Of a DNA stretch of 25,598 nucleotides, positions 17,062 to 24,912 are shown in pieces. Where the stretch lies: the IMG/VR virus record IMGVR_UViG_3300035135_000134, positions 1 through 25,598 of that record. One strand, 5' to 3'. Below the pieces are notes generated by a model, which saw only the letters and a program-made list of their open reading frames with translations, ran no database searches and was not told the origin of the DNA. The number at the start of each line of letters is the position of its first letter. Position 1 is the first letter of the stretch. The stretch comes from a virus (Duplodnaviria; Caudoviricetes). Position numbers and translations under genes: made by a program.

Positions 17062-17370
17062 ATGCTTGGTAAATCCAAAGCTAAAGTAGAAGAGAAAGAC
17101 CACGATGAAGATAAAAGTGAAGTCCTTGGTAATCTAGTGAAAGTCGTAGTGCTTATATGGTCTGCTTCTCTTCTCACGTTTAGTTACGTTAGACTCCCTA
17201 ATGGTCAAAAGATTCTTGATTTTGATCCCACATTCATCGCATCCGTGTTTTCTGGATCGCTAGCTGCCTTCGGTTTGTCTCCTGCTAAAGCAGGTGGTGG
17301 TAACGGTAAGACAGCAGCAGCGAAGAAGGAAGAACCACCTGTTGTATCTGCTGTGGAACCTAAGAAATAA
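17062..17370 (+). CDS. Two-TM membrane protein (102 aa)
   Basis: Hydrophobic segments LVKVVVLIWSASLLTFSYV and FIASVFSGSLAAFGL; charged termini. Confidence 0.8.
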   Translation: MLGKSKAKVEEKDHDEDKSEVLGNLVKVVVLIWSASLLTFSYVRLPNGQKILDFDPTFIASVFSGSLAAFGLSPAKAGGGNGKTAAAKKEEPPVVSAVEPKK

Positions 17371-17624
17371 TGCAAAAACTAATTAACGTTATCGCACTCC
17401 TGTCGGGACTGACCTCATTGGCAGTCATCGGTGGGGGTGTTTATGTTGTTATGAATCAAGAAGCGTGGCAGGAACGAGCAAGAGAACGCCTGACTGAGGT
17501 TATCAAGGACGGTGTTACTAGAGCTCTTCCTGGTCTTCTTGATGATGCTATGCCTGAACTCCCAGAAGTCACTGGTCCTGCTATTCCTAGCACAACTGGA
17601 CCTGCTATCCCCAAACTCCCATGA
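17370..17624 (+). CDS. N-terminally anchored membrane protein with Pro-rich tail (84 aa)
   Basis: TM LINVIALLSGLTSLAVIGGGVYVV; TAATG coupling. Confidence 0.8.
   Translation: MQKLINVIALLSGLTSLAVIGGGVYVVMNQEAWQERARERLTEVIKDGVTRALPGLLDDAMPELPEVTGPAIPSTTGPAIPKLP
17571..17612 (+). repeat. Imperfect direct repeat (2 x 18 nt, period 24) encoding TGPAIP
   Basis: ACTGGTCCTGCTATTCCT and ACTGGACCTGCTATCCCC. Confidence 0.8.
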
Positions 17625-18253
17625 GTATATTCAACCACGAGAAGGAAGATTATATCCCAACAACATCAGAATCAAAGAAACCATCTGGATGGAAGATAAT
17701 GATCAGCACTGCTGGTGCATTGTTTGCTATCTCTCATATTGGTTTGCTTGGTTATCTAATTGATCGGAAGGCAGAACCACCGAAGGTTCCTACCATCAAT
17801 CTTCCCCGTGGTCCTTACTCATCATACAAAATTCAAGCAGGTAAGGATGGTTACACCATCGAATATCGTGCTAATGATCCTAAAGTTCTAGAATCTGAGA
17901 GATCTTTGGATCTTGATAAAGAAAAGAAAGGTTTCTTTGGCGGAGGAACTGAGCAGCGAACTGAGTATCGTCGCGACCAATATACTATGGAAGGAACACG
18001 TAACATGGGAGGTGCCTCAACACTGGACACTGAGGGAAAGCATGTAAAAAGCGCAGAGTGCATCGCGGCGGACGCTGGAGCACGGTCACAAGGTGCGATG
18101 GCAGGAACTAGCATAGCTGCTGGTGTCGTCGTCCCAGCGGTCTCTAGCATCCCCTACGTGGGGTGGTTGGCAGGTGGTTGGGCACTGCTGTTAGGACAGA
18201 AAGCAGGATCAGAATTAGGATCACAAGTTGGTAGTGTATTTAATGATTGCTAA
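17621..18253 (+). CDS. Membrane protein (210 aa): N-terminal TM, beta-rich middle, C-terminal glycine-zipper-like hydrophobic region
   Basis: TM IMISTAGALFAISHIGLLGYLI; GAMAGTSIAAG...GWLAGGW...GQKAGSELGSQVG; ATGA coupling. Confidence 0.82.
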   Translation: MSIFNHEKEDYIPTTSESKKPSGWKIMISTAGALFAISHIGLLGYLIDRKAEPPKVPTINLPRGPYSSYKIQAGKDGYTIEYRANDPKVLESERSLDLDKEKKGFFGGGTEQRTEYRRDQYTMEGTRNMGGASTLDTEGKHVKSAECIAADAGARSQGAMAGTSIAAGVVVPAVSSIPYVGWLAGGWALLLGQKAGSELGSQVGSVFNDC

Positions 18254-19047
18254 TGGAAATTAAAGACATCAGTGTCAGGAGTCTAGACATTCCTGATGTG
18301 AGAATTACTGAAACAATTAATTATTCTTCACCTCCCATTCCTATTGAACCACCTGTAACGGTAAATATTGGTGTGCCTATTGTTGAAATTCCTGGTTGTG
18401 TTGAGGCACATGAAGCAAACAACAAATCTAATACGGTAGGTCAAGATGACGAAGCAGGACTGGTTACGTATTGCGACGCTGGCATTCCCTCTTATAATCC
18501 TATACGTTATGAACCTGAACAGATGATCATGACGAGTCCTGCGCCTGTCCCAAAGACAGATACGCCAGAGACTCCAGAAGTTCCTAAGACACCAGAAGTA
18601 ACACCACCTCCACCTAAGACAGTAAAGATAGATTGTCCTACCAAAGTGCAGAAAGCACAGGAACCTATAGGAACATATGTCAGTGGGTTTAGAGAGATTG
18701 TCACTGGTTACGAACTCATCGACAAGACTTGTGTCCAACTAACAGAAAAAGTCCCGCTACCTACACAAATAGTAGCGGGACTTCCTAGTGGTGGACAGGT
18801 TGTTCAGGTAGGTGGTGTTGCTGTGATTGCAACTACTTCGGCACTGCTTGCAAAACCTCTTGCTGATCTTTTGTTAAAAGCGGTGAAACCTGCTGTGAAG
18901 AAAGTCCTGAAGAAGGTTGCCTCGATAAGGGGTAAGACTCCCCCAGTCTTGTCTGCAGGGGAGCGCCGAGCAGAGCAGCGTCAGATGAACCACGCTGTGA
19001 AAGTTCTTCGCTCTGTGTTCCCAAGGAAGAAGAGGAAGAAGGGATAG
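18253..19047 (+). CDS. Pro-rich hypothetical protein (264 aa), four Cys, C-terminal hydrophobic then basic amphipathic helix
   Basis: TAATG coupling; PETPEVPKTPEV linker; VGGVAVIATTSALLA followed by KPAVKKVLKK. Confidence 0.82.
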   Translation: MEIKDISVRSLDIPDVRITETINYSSPPIPIEPPVTVNIGVPIVEIPGCVEAHEANNKSNTVGQDDEAGLVTYCDAGIPSYNPIRYEPEQMIMTSPAPVPKTDTPETPEVPKTPEVTPPPPKTVKIDCPTKVQKAQEPIGTYVSGFREIVTGYELIDKTCVQLTEKVPLPTQIVAGLPSGGQVVQVGGVAVIATTSALLAKPLADLLLKAVKPAVKKVLKKVASIRGKTPPVLSAGERRAEQRQMNHAVKVLRSVFPRKKRKKG

Positions 19048-19828
19048 CATGGACATGTGGATGCTTATGTCCTGGTGGATTGTTTACCACGACATCGGCA
19101 CACACTTTATAGTAAGGACTCTTAGGGTGGAATTGTATTCCACGTAACATTAAATCGCCACAATTCTTGAGTCTCGCGATCTCAAAGTCAAGGCGCTTAT
19201 TAGCAGTTTGTTGTTGCATCATTTCGATGCTTGCTTCTGCTGCTTTCTTACATAGATCTTGCATCTTCTTGTCAGTTGGTGTGCTCCAAGTCATAGAGAA
19301 ACCAATGCCAAGATTATAATTATCTTTCTGACCAGTTCTTACAGGAACTTGATATAAAACATCGCCAGGATTGTCAGGAGCACCATCCTCATCGAGATCA
19401 CGCATATCATATACGTTATCATAATAATATGGTTCGTATGGTTTAGTAGCTGATGCACTACCTGTTACGTAAGGGGTGAAATTTCTAGTGGGACCTTGAC
19501 ATTGGATGCCTGATCCGTAGGTGTTGGTGATGTATGGTCCTTGTAAAACTTGTATCGCTTGATTTGTAACAGAACCACTAGAGTTAGCAACAGGAGCAGC
19601 TGTGGCGCTAACACCACCAACATTAGCCAATGCTTGAGACGGGAAGAATACACTGGTAATACCTATTGCGAGAAGATTGATGTAGTGTCTGTTATACTTG
19701 TAACCTCGGTCGTTCTTTGAATAATTGTTTGCTGACTTAAACCAGGACCTTGATACGTTTCTGTGAACTGAAACGCTGCTCCTGGTGTTGTTTGTGTGAA
19801 TGTTGGTTTGCTGTTGATGCCTGTCCAT
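18833..19828 (-). CDS. Exported hypothetical protein; start uncertain (signal-like segment begins near 19700)
   Basis: Signal-peptide-like KYNRHYINLLAIGITSVFFPSQALA, then a conserved-looking core (NSSGSVTNQAIQV, CQGP, ARLKNC). Only in-frame ATG upstream of the signal is 19828. Confidence 0.75.
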   Translation of the reverse strand: MDRHQQQTNIHTNNTRSSVSVHRNVSRSWFKSANNYSKNDRGYKYNRHYINLLAIGITSVFFPSQALANVGGVSATAAPVANSSGSVTNQAIQVLQGPYITNTYGSGIQCQGPTRNFTPYVTGSASATKPYEPYYYDNVYDMRDLDEDGAPDNPGDVLYQVPVRTGQKDNYNLGIGFSMTWSTPTDKKMQDLCKKAAEASIEMMQQQTANKRLDFEIARLKNCGDLMLRGIQFHPKSPYYKVCADVVVNNPPGHKHPHVHAIPSSSSSLGTQSEELSQRGSSDAALLGAPLQTRLGESYPLSRQPSSGLSSQQVSPLLTKDQQEVLQAVPK

Positions 19829-20097
19829 GTCGAAGTCACTCCATCGATAGTTACATTATTAGTTCCAGTGCCAGGAGAAAGATTACCTGAAGCACTGATT
19901 CCACTCCCAGTTACTGAATACTGATATCCAGTGTTATAGTCCATCGAATTGATGGTCTCGGTAATTTTTTGTGTTGTTTCTGTGTGGCTAGTCATCGAGC
20001 CCTGTGTAAAGTTAGGCACCACGGGCACGGCTTGCGCTGCCCCGTGGAATGCACCTAAAATTAAACCGAGACCGATCGCTTCTTTAAGTCGGTCCAT
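19663..20097 (-). CDS. Exported Thr/Ser/Gly-rich beta-strand protein (144 aa)
   Basis: Signal peptide ending AAQA; GAGG SD upstream. Confidence 0.82.
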   Translation of the reverse strand: MDRLKEAIGLGLILGAFHGAAQAVPVVPNFTQGSMTSHTETTQKITETINSMDYNTGYQYSVTGSGISASGNLSPGTGTNNVTIDGVTSTWTGINSKPTFTQTTPGAAFQFTETYQGPGLSQQTIIQRTTEVTSITDTTSIFSQ

Positions 20098-20105
20098 GAT
20101 ATACC

Positions 20106-20561
20106 TCAGTCGATAACTGTGATCTCCGAAACGAATTGTCCCGTAGCAGATGTTCCTGCTCCACCTGCTGTTAATGACATAGCATGTGAACTATCGATTG
20201 TTCCAGCTAGGTTACCAGCAGTTCCAGCTGTGTAAGAAGTAACGTTTGAGAAGTTTGGTGTATCTCCTGTAGTTACTGCTGCTGTTGGGATAGCATCTTT
20301 TACAGTTAGTGATTCAGAAAAAGACCAATCATTACCTGCTGTATGAACATCATATGTTCCAGCACCAGTGCTAACACCACCCATGGTAGTCACACTGATG
20401 TTAGAACCAGCAGCAGAGTAGCTGTCGCCAATTCTTACAGCAGTAGAACGGGCAGCGTCAACAGTTAGTTGAACACTAGAAGCGTGTTTAGTAACAAGTC
20501 CACCAGCGTTAGCAGCAGTAGCGGTCATCAGTAACATAGCAAATGGTAGAAACTTTTTCAT
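20106..20561 (-). CDS. Exported Thr/Ala/Gly-rich beta-strand protein (~151 aa)
   Basis: Sec signal MKKFLPFAMLLMTATAANA; alternative start 20567. Confidence 0.85.
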   Translation of the reverse strand: MKKFLPFAMLLMTATAANAGGLVTKHASSVQLTVDAARSTAVRIGDSYSAAGSNISVTTMGGVSTGAGTYDVHTAGNDWSFSESLTVKDAIPTAAVTTGDTPNFSNVTSYTAGTAGNLAGTIDSSHAMSLTAGGAGTSATGQFVSEITVID

Positions 20562-20584
20562 AACCATTCATAGATTTGGATCCT

Positions 20585-20592
20585 TATTTATT
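20585..20592 (-). promoter_or_regulatory. T4-type late promoter
   Basis: AATAAATA on the minus strand, followed by AGGA and the start of the 20106 ORF. Confidence 0.7.
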
Positions 20593-20767
20593 TAGGTTTA
20601 CTTTTTTTCGATGGTATAAGTTGGTATGCCATCTTATCTCTCAACTTGTTAATTCTCTCTTCATCGAAGTGTGAGAAGTTAGGATACTTCTCTACTTTCT
20701 TGTAGTAGTGAAGAGCATTAAGGATTATTGTGTAATCCTCCATAGTTAGTTCAAACGAGTGTCCCAT
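20588..20767 (-). CDS. Small hypothetical protein (59 aa, MGHSFELTMEDY...)
   Basis: Start reassigned to ATG 20767 to minimise overlap with the nuclease gene. Confidence 0.65.
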   Translation of the reverse strand: MGHSFELTMEDYTIILNALHYYKKVEKYPNFSHFDEERINKLRDKMAYQLIPSKKSKPK

Positions 20768-21209
20768 GTTCTCTACGAATCTCTCTAAGTTCTTCAAAAT
20801 CTTTCTGCTTTGTTCCACCGTCGTATGCCCAAGCGTAACCTTCTTCAATCATCTGCTCATTCAGTGATAGTTCTGCATCTCCGATATATAACCAGCCAAG
20901 AAGGCGACCATACTTACCCATACCACCAACGAGTTCAGTCCTGACAGCGAGTTCATCATCTCCATTGATTGCTCCTTCTAGTTTATCTTTCAACCAGTTG
21001 GTAGCGTCGATACCTAATGCTTTTTCTTCTAAATCTCTGGTGCGTTTCTCTGGCGTGTCCACACCAGCAACTCTAACTCTCTCTTTTTTATAAAGGTCAA
21101 AACCGAGATCAATCGTGACATCGATGGTGTCGCCATCCAACACTCTATCTATCGATACTACTCTAAAGTTGTAACAAGACTTACGACTCGGTGGTGTCAT
21201 CGCTCCCAT
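20751..21209 (-). CDS. Staphylococcal nuclease (thermonuclease) family protein
   Basis: RVLDGDTIDV, RVRVAGVDTPE, GKYGRLLG, LNEQMIEEGYAWAY. Confidence 0.9.
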   Translation of the reverse strand: MGAMTPPSRKSCYNFRVVSIDRVLDGDTIDVTIDLGFDLYKKERVRVAGVDTPEKRTRDLEEKALGIDATNWLKDKLEGAINGDDELAVRTELVGGMGKYGRLLGWLYIGDAELSLNEQMIEEGYAWAYDGGTKQKDFEELREIRREHGTLV

Positions 21210-21342
21210 GGGATTCTCTTTCATCAATACCTAGTATATATTTGATTACCCATGCCACTCCTGCCAGGAGTATCAGTAAACTGATTATGATACTCCAAGT
21301 AGGATCGTTAATATCATTCAGGGGTCGGAGGAGGAGGTTCAT
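21181..21342 (-). CDS. Small single-TM protein (53 aa), not in ORF track
   Basis: Manual translation MNLLLRPLNDINDPTWSIIISLLILLAGVAWVIKYILGIDERESHGSDDTTES; tiles between minus-strand neighbours. Confidence 0.7.
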   Translation of the reverse strand: MNLLLRPLNDINDPTWSIIISLLILLAGVAWVIKYILGIDERESHGSDDTTES

Positions 21343-21543
21343 TCCAATATCCTTTTACATTTTTATATCTAGGATTGGTTCTTACTTCTTCTGATACCAT
21401 TATCCCAAATTCCTCACAGCAATCACACCATGCTCTTCTCGCCTCTGGCGCACCTAGTGCTTTTTTCGCCACAAGCGTTCCCACTCCCTCCAAAGTTGGG
21501 CACATTCATCTGATTTTTTCTGGAGATGTTCTTCTCGATACAC
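21314..21543 (-). CDS. Hypothetical protein split across two frames (29-aa ORF 21543-21454 plus -1 frame to 21314; 76 aa if joined)
   Basis: GTG 21543 overlaps the upstream TAG. MYREEHLQKKSDECAQLWREWERLWRKK then A AAA AAG; the -1 frame gives ALGAPEARRAWCDCCEEFG... Confidence 0.6.
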
Positions 21544-21740
21544 TAGAGGTTCTCAAACTTATATTCCAGTATCATTCTATATAGGGAGTCTCTTAGATAC
21601 CACAGGTGTTCTTGCTCAGTCGGATGACGAGCGGGAGAACCTTCCCAAGTTTCAATTCTTTTCAGCACACAATGATGTAGAAGATGAATGTCTTCTATCC
21701 TCAGACTTACTTGGTAATCGTAATCATCTTCTTCATTCAT
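21543..21740 (-). CDS. Small hypothetical protein (65 aa)
   Basis: ATGA coupling with the upstream ORF; globular-looking sequence. Confidence 0.75.
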   Translation of the reverse strand: MNEEDDYDYQVSLRIEDIHLLHHCVLKRIETWEGSPARHPTEQEHLWYLRDSLYRMILEYKFENL

Positions 21741-21880
21741 GGGTTGTTGGGGTCAAGACCTAGTTCGATCAAGTATTCTCTCCACCATGAATACTTTTCT
21801 TTCTTCCATTGAGGAACAGGACGACCTTGCTCAGAATACCACTCTTCTAGTGCTTCATCGATAGTCTGTGCGATCTCCAT
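21737..21880 (-). CDS. Small hypothetical protein (47 aa, MEIAQTIDEALEEWY...)
   Basis: ATG 21880 preceded by purine-rich GAGGAAGAGGA. Confidence 0.65.
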   Translation of the reverse strand: MEIAQTIDEALEEWYSEQGRPVPQWKKEKYSWWREYLIELGLDPNNP

Positions 21881-22064
21881 ATTCCTCTTCCTCAGCGTCA
21901 ACATCTGCATATGGATTCTCCAAGAAGGGTCCTCGTTTTCTAAGGGGTTCTCGTTTGACATAATCCTGCTCTGCATTAACTGCTTCAATCCAAACAGCAA
22001 GTTTCATTACGATGAAGATAATGATTAGTGGTGTGAAGCAACCAACTAAAATTACGGGGTTCAT
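21855..22064 (-). CDS. Small N-terminal-TM protein (69 aa)
   Basis: TM VILVGCFTPLIIIFIVMKLAVWI; AGGAG SD; ATGA coupling. Confidence 0.75.
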   Translation of the reverse strand: MNPVILVGCFTPLIIIFIVMKLAVWIEAVNAEQDYVKREPLRKRGPFLENPYADVDAEEEEYGDRTDYR

Positions 22065-22219
22065 TTGTGACTCCTATCGAAAGGTTCCCAGTGTTCCCAC
22101 CCATATTTATGGACAAGGTGCATACCTAGAATAGGAACGAACACTAAAAGTAGCCCCATGATACCTAAACACCATGGGGTTTGCATAACAGATCTAACGA
22201 ACAGTTGAACGTGGCTCAT
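22061..22219 (-). CDS. Small single-TM protein (52 aa), not in ORF track
   Basis: Manual translation MSHVQLFVRSVMQTPWCLGIMGLLLVFVPILGMHLVHKYGWEHWEPFDRSHK; stop overlaps next ATG. Confidence 0.7.
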   Translation of the reverse strand: MSHVQLFVRSVMQTPWCLGIMGLLLVFVPILGMHLVHKYGWEHWEPFDRSHK

Positions 22220-22433
22220 CGAAATACTCTGGGAAAGGACAACCTTTGAAATCGTTTATCTCATCTACTGCTAAGACAAACATTGTGCAAAATCCGACGC
22301 AGAAAGCAAAAAGCATTTGAGGAAAGTTGTAGTTCCCCATGTGAGCAGTTGGATCAGGATCATCGTCATGAGGATGAAGATGCTTACTGATCTGTTCTAT
22401 TCGTTTTTTCTTTTCCTCGTCATCTTTTTTCAT
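22194..22433 (-). CDS. Small single-TM protein (79 aa, MKKDDEE...)
   Basis: ATGA overlap with the zwf stop; TM MLFAFCVGFCTMFVLAV. Confidence 0.72.
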   Translation of the reverse strand: MKKDDEEKKKRIEQISKHLHPHDDDPDPTAHMGNYNFPQMLFAFCVGFCTMFVLAVDEINDFKGCPFPEYFDEPRSTVR

Positions 22434-23767
22434 GATGGATAGTCCCAGTTGGTAATAAAGTCTACTTTGTGTTGTGGTCCCCACCCACCAGTATAGATGT
22501 AAGGAGCAGTGCGAATGGGACAAGAGTCACCAGTGCAGAGAAGATCATCAACGATTCTCCATGACTCCATGACTTCATCTGCGTGAACAAAGTGGGACTG
22601 GTCGCAATGGATAGCATCATAAAGAAGTTTTTCGTAACCATCTATTGCTCTATCTTGTGGGTATTGGTGTGAGAGTGTAGCCAATTCAAGGTTATCATCA
22701 AGCCCAGGAGATTTGATGTCCATGCGAATATCAAGATGAGGATCAGGCTGTAGACGAATGACAATACGATCATTGACTTCTCCTTCATACAACTTTAGCG
22801 GTGGTGCTTTGAGTTTGATAACAACTTCAACACAACCATAAGGCATCTTCTTACCAGTCAAGAAATGGAAGGGGACACCTTGCCATCTCCAGTTGTCAAT
22901 ATAGATGTCTCCTGCTACGAATGTTGGTGTCCCACTGTTTTCATCGACACCTTCCTCCTCGCGGTAACCTGCATACTGTCCACAGATTAGTTTTGTGCCC
23001 AGTCTGGTCGCCGCTAGCACCTTTGTTTTCTCTCTTCTGATCTCTCTAGCGTCCATGCGACAAGGTGCCTCCATGGCGATTAGAGACAGCACCTGGAGCA
23101 TATGGTTCTGTAGCATGTCACGGACTGCACCAGCAGTCTCATAGTATTGTGATCGACCATCACAACTGATAGTTTCAGTAGCAAAGATCTGAACCTCTTC
23201 TATGTAATCGCGGTTCCAAAGTGGTTCCAGCAGAATATTACTAAACCTAGTAGCAAGTATGTTATTAACAGTATCTTTGCCAAGATAATGGTCAATGCGA
23301 TAGACTTGTTTCTCGCGTAGATGTCGCTCCACCACAGACTGTAGATTACTAGCAGATTTAAGATCGTGCCCAAAGGGTTTTTCAATAACAACACGCGATC
23401 TTTCTGGGTCGTCGAGGAGTCCTGCTTCTTTGAGGTTGATGATCGCATTTGCATACCTCTCTGGTGGCACGGATAGAAAATACGTATTGTCGTGTAGGTA
23501 ATCAGGAAGGTGAGAAAGAGTATCAACATTGTCCAGATCTGCAGAGATATAATCTAGGTGATGTAGAAATTCATCAGGATAATCACCAAGAGATTCCTTC
23601 CAAATTGCAGCACCTGGGTCTCGTCTGGAGCAACCAGTAATTAAAAAATTGTCTGGCAGAAGACCTTTCTGCCAGAGTTTAAACAGTGCAGGAATTAGTT
23701 TCTTCTTGCAAAGGTCTCCCGTTGCTCCGAAGATAACAATTCCTTTAGTGAGCGCATCCATTTCCAT
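22430..23767 (-). CDS. zwf: Glucose-6-phosphate dehydrogenase
   Basis: IFGATGDL, IEKPFG, RIDHYLGK, RDMLQNH, NWRWQGVPF. Start probably 23767 or 23761, not 23863. Confidence 0.97.
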   Translation of the reverse strand: MEMDALTKGIVIFGATGDLCKKKLIPALFKLWQKGLLPDNFLITGCSRRDPGAAIWKESLGDYPDEFLHHLDYISADLDNVDTLSHLPDYLHDNTYFLSVPPERYANAIINLKEAGLLDDPERSRVVIEKPFGHDLKSASNLQSVVERHLREKQVYRIDHYLGKDTVNNILATRFSNILLEPLWNRDYIEEVQIFATETISCDGRSQYYETAGAVRDMLQNHMLQVLSLIAMEAPCRMDAREIRREKTKVLAATRLGTKLICGQYAGYREEEGVDENSGTPTFVAGDIYIDNWRWQGVPFHFLTGKKMPYGCVEVVIKLKAPPLKLYEGEVNDRIVIRLQPDPHLDIRMDIKSPGLDDNLELATLSHQYPQDRAIDGYEKLLYDAIHCDQSHFVHADEVMESWRIVDDLLCTGDSCPIRTAPYIYTGGWGPQHKVDFITNWDYPS

Positions 23768-23876
23768 CGTAGTCGTCTGAATCGTAGTAGTCATTTTCAC
23801 CTTTTCGGAACCCGAAATAGATGGTGGCACATACAAACGGTAGTGCTCCCCAAAGTAAGACATCAGCGAACGTCAT
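23745..23876 (-). CDS. Small single-TM peptide (43 aa) between gnd and zwf, not in ORF track
   Basis: Manual translation MTFADVLLWGALPFVCATIYFGFRKGENDYYDSDDYDGNGCAH. Confidence 0.7.
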   Translation of the reverse strand: MTFADVLLWGALPFVCATIYFGFRKGENDYYDSDDYDGNGCAH

Positions 23877-24912
23877 GACCACCAAACATAGCACGCATTC
23901 CGTTTAGGACTTTGTTTGCGAAGCGTCCAAGTCTTCGGGACTCAAATCTTGAGTAGAGAGCAGTAGTAATAACAGGGGCTGGAACACCGAGATCCACAGC
24001 ACTGTGAACAGTCCAACGACCCTCACCACTGTCTGATACTCCTCCATCGAACTTGCTAAGCTCTCTATCGCTGCGTAATACATCAGCGGTAAGGTCAAGT
24101 AACCAACTGCCAACCACGCTACCACGACGCCAACACTCAGCCACTTTAGCAACGTCAATATCGTAGCAATAGTCTTCTGGGTTATCCATTGGAGCAACTT
24201 CAGCATCACCTGCAGCAACGTATGCTGCCCCAGCATTTGCTTCATGCAGGATATTAAATCCTTCTGCGTATGCTTGCATGATCCCATACTCAACTCCGTT
24301 GTGAACCATCTTCACAAAGTGACCTGCTCCTGGACCACCTGCGTAGATCCAACCGAACTCTTCTGGATACCAAGTGTAGTTTCTGTCACCTGTTCTTGGG
24401 GCAGCACCAATGCCTGGCGCGAGGGCGTCGAATAGAGGGCGGCAGACATCGACTGCCGAGCTTCCGCCACCAACCATGAGGCAGAATCCACGCTCCAGAC
24501 CATAGACACCACCACTAGTGCCACAGTCAAGATACGCGATGCCCAGTTTTGCACAACGCTCTGCTCTCTGCCTACTGTCCTTAAAATTGCTATTGCCATG
24601 ATCAATAATAATATCTCCTTCACTACAATATCGTAGTAACTCATCGAGAGTATCCTCCACTGTTTCTGCTGGGACTACCATCATGAAAATGCCAGGTTGA
24701 AAAGCGTCGTCCCCGAAGACTCCTCTACCACTGTGAACTACTTGAACAAGGCTTTCCACAGAAGTGGTATATCCACTGATATAACCCTTGTCATATTGTG
24801 CTTCAGCTTTTTGAACATTGTTACGATAACCATGAACTTCGTGTCCTGCTGCGATTAGACGACGGGACATTCCTTCTCCCATTCGTCCTAGTCCGATCAT
24901 TCCTACTTTCAT
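23863..24912 (-). CDS. gnd: 6-phosphogluconate dehydrogenase (short type)
   Basis: GLGRMG, IIDHGNS, GTSGG, GAGHFVKMVHNGVEYG, DSGEGRW, MRAMFGGH. Confidence 0.97.
   Translation of the reverse strand: MKVGMIGLGRMGEGMSRRLIAAGHEVHGYRNNVQKAEAQYDKGYISGYTTSVESLVQVVHSGRGVFGDDAFQPGIFMMVVPAETVEDTLDELLRYCSEGDIIIDHGNSNFKDSRQRAERCAKLGIAYLDCGTSGGVYGLERGFCLMVGGGSSAVDVCRPLFDALAPGIGAAPRTGDRNYTWYPEEFGWIYAGGPGAGHFVKMVHNGVEYGIMQAYAEGFNILHEANAGAAYVAAGDAEVAPMDNPEDYCYDIDVAKVAECWRRGSVVGSWLLDLTADVLRSDRELSKFDGGVSDSGEGRWTVHSAVDLGVPAPVITTALYSRFESRRLGRFANKVLNGMRAMFGGHDVR

Noticed and set aside
21191-21584. Plus-strand ORFs 21191-21394 and 21375-21584
   Set aside because: Antisense shadows of tightly tiled minus-strand genes.
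23768-23863. N-terminal extension of zwf in the ORF track
   Set aside because: Low-complexity shadow of the 43-aa ORF in another frame; the Rossmann motif begins just after 23761.
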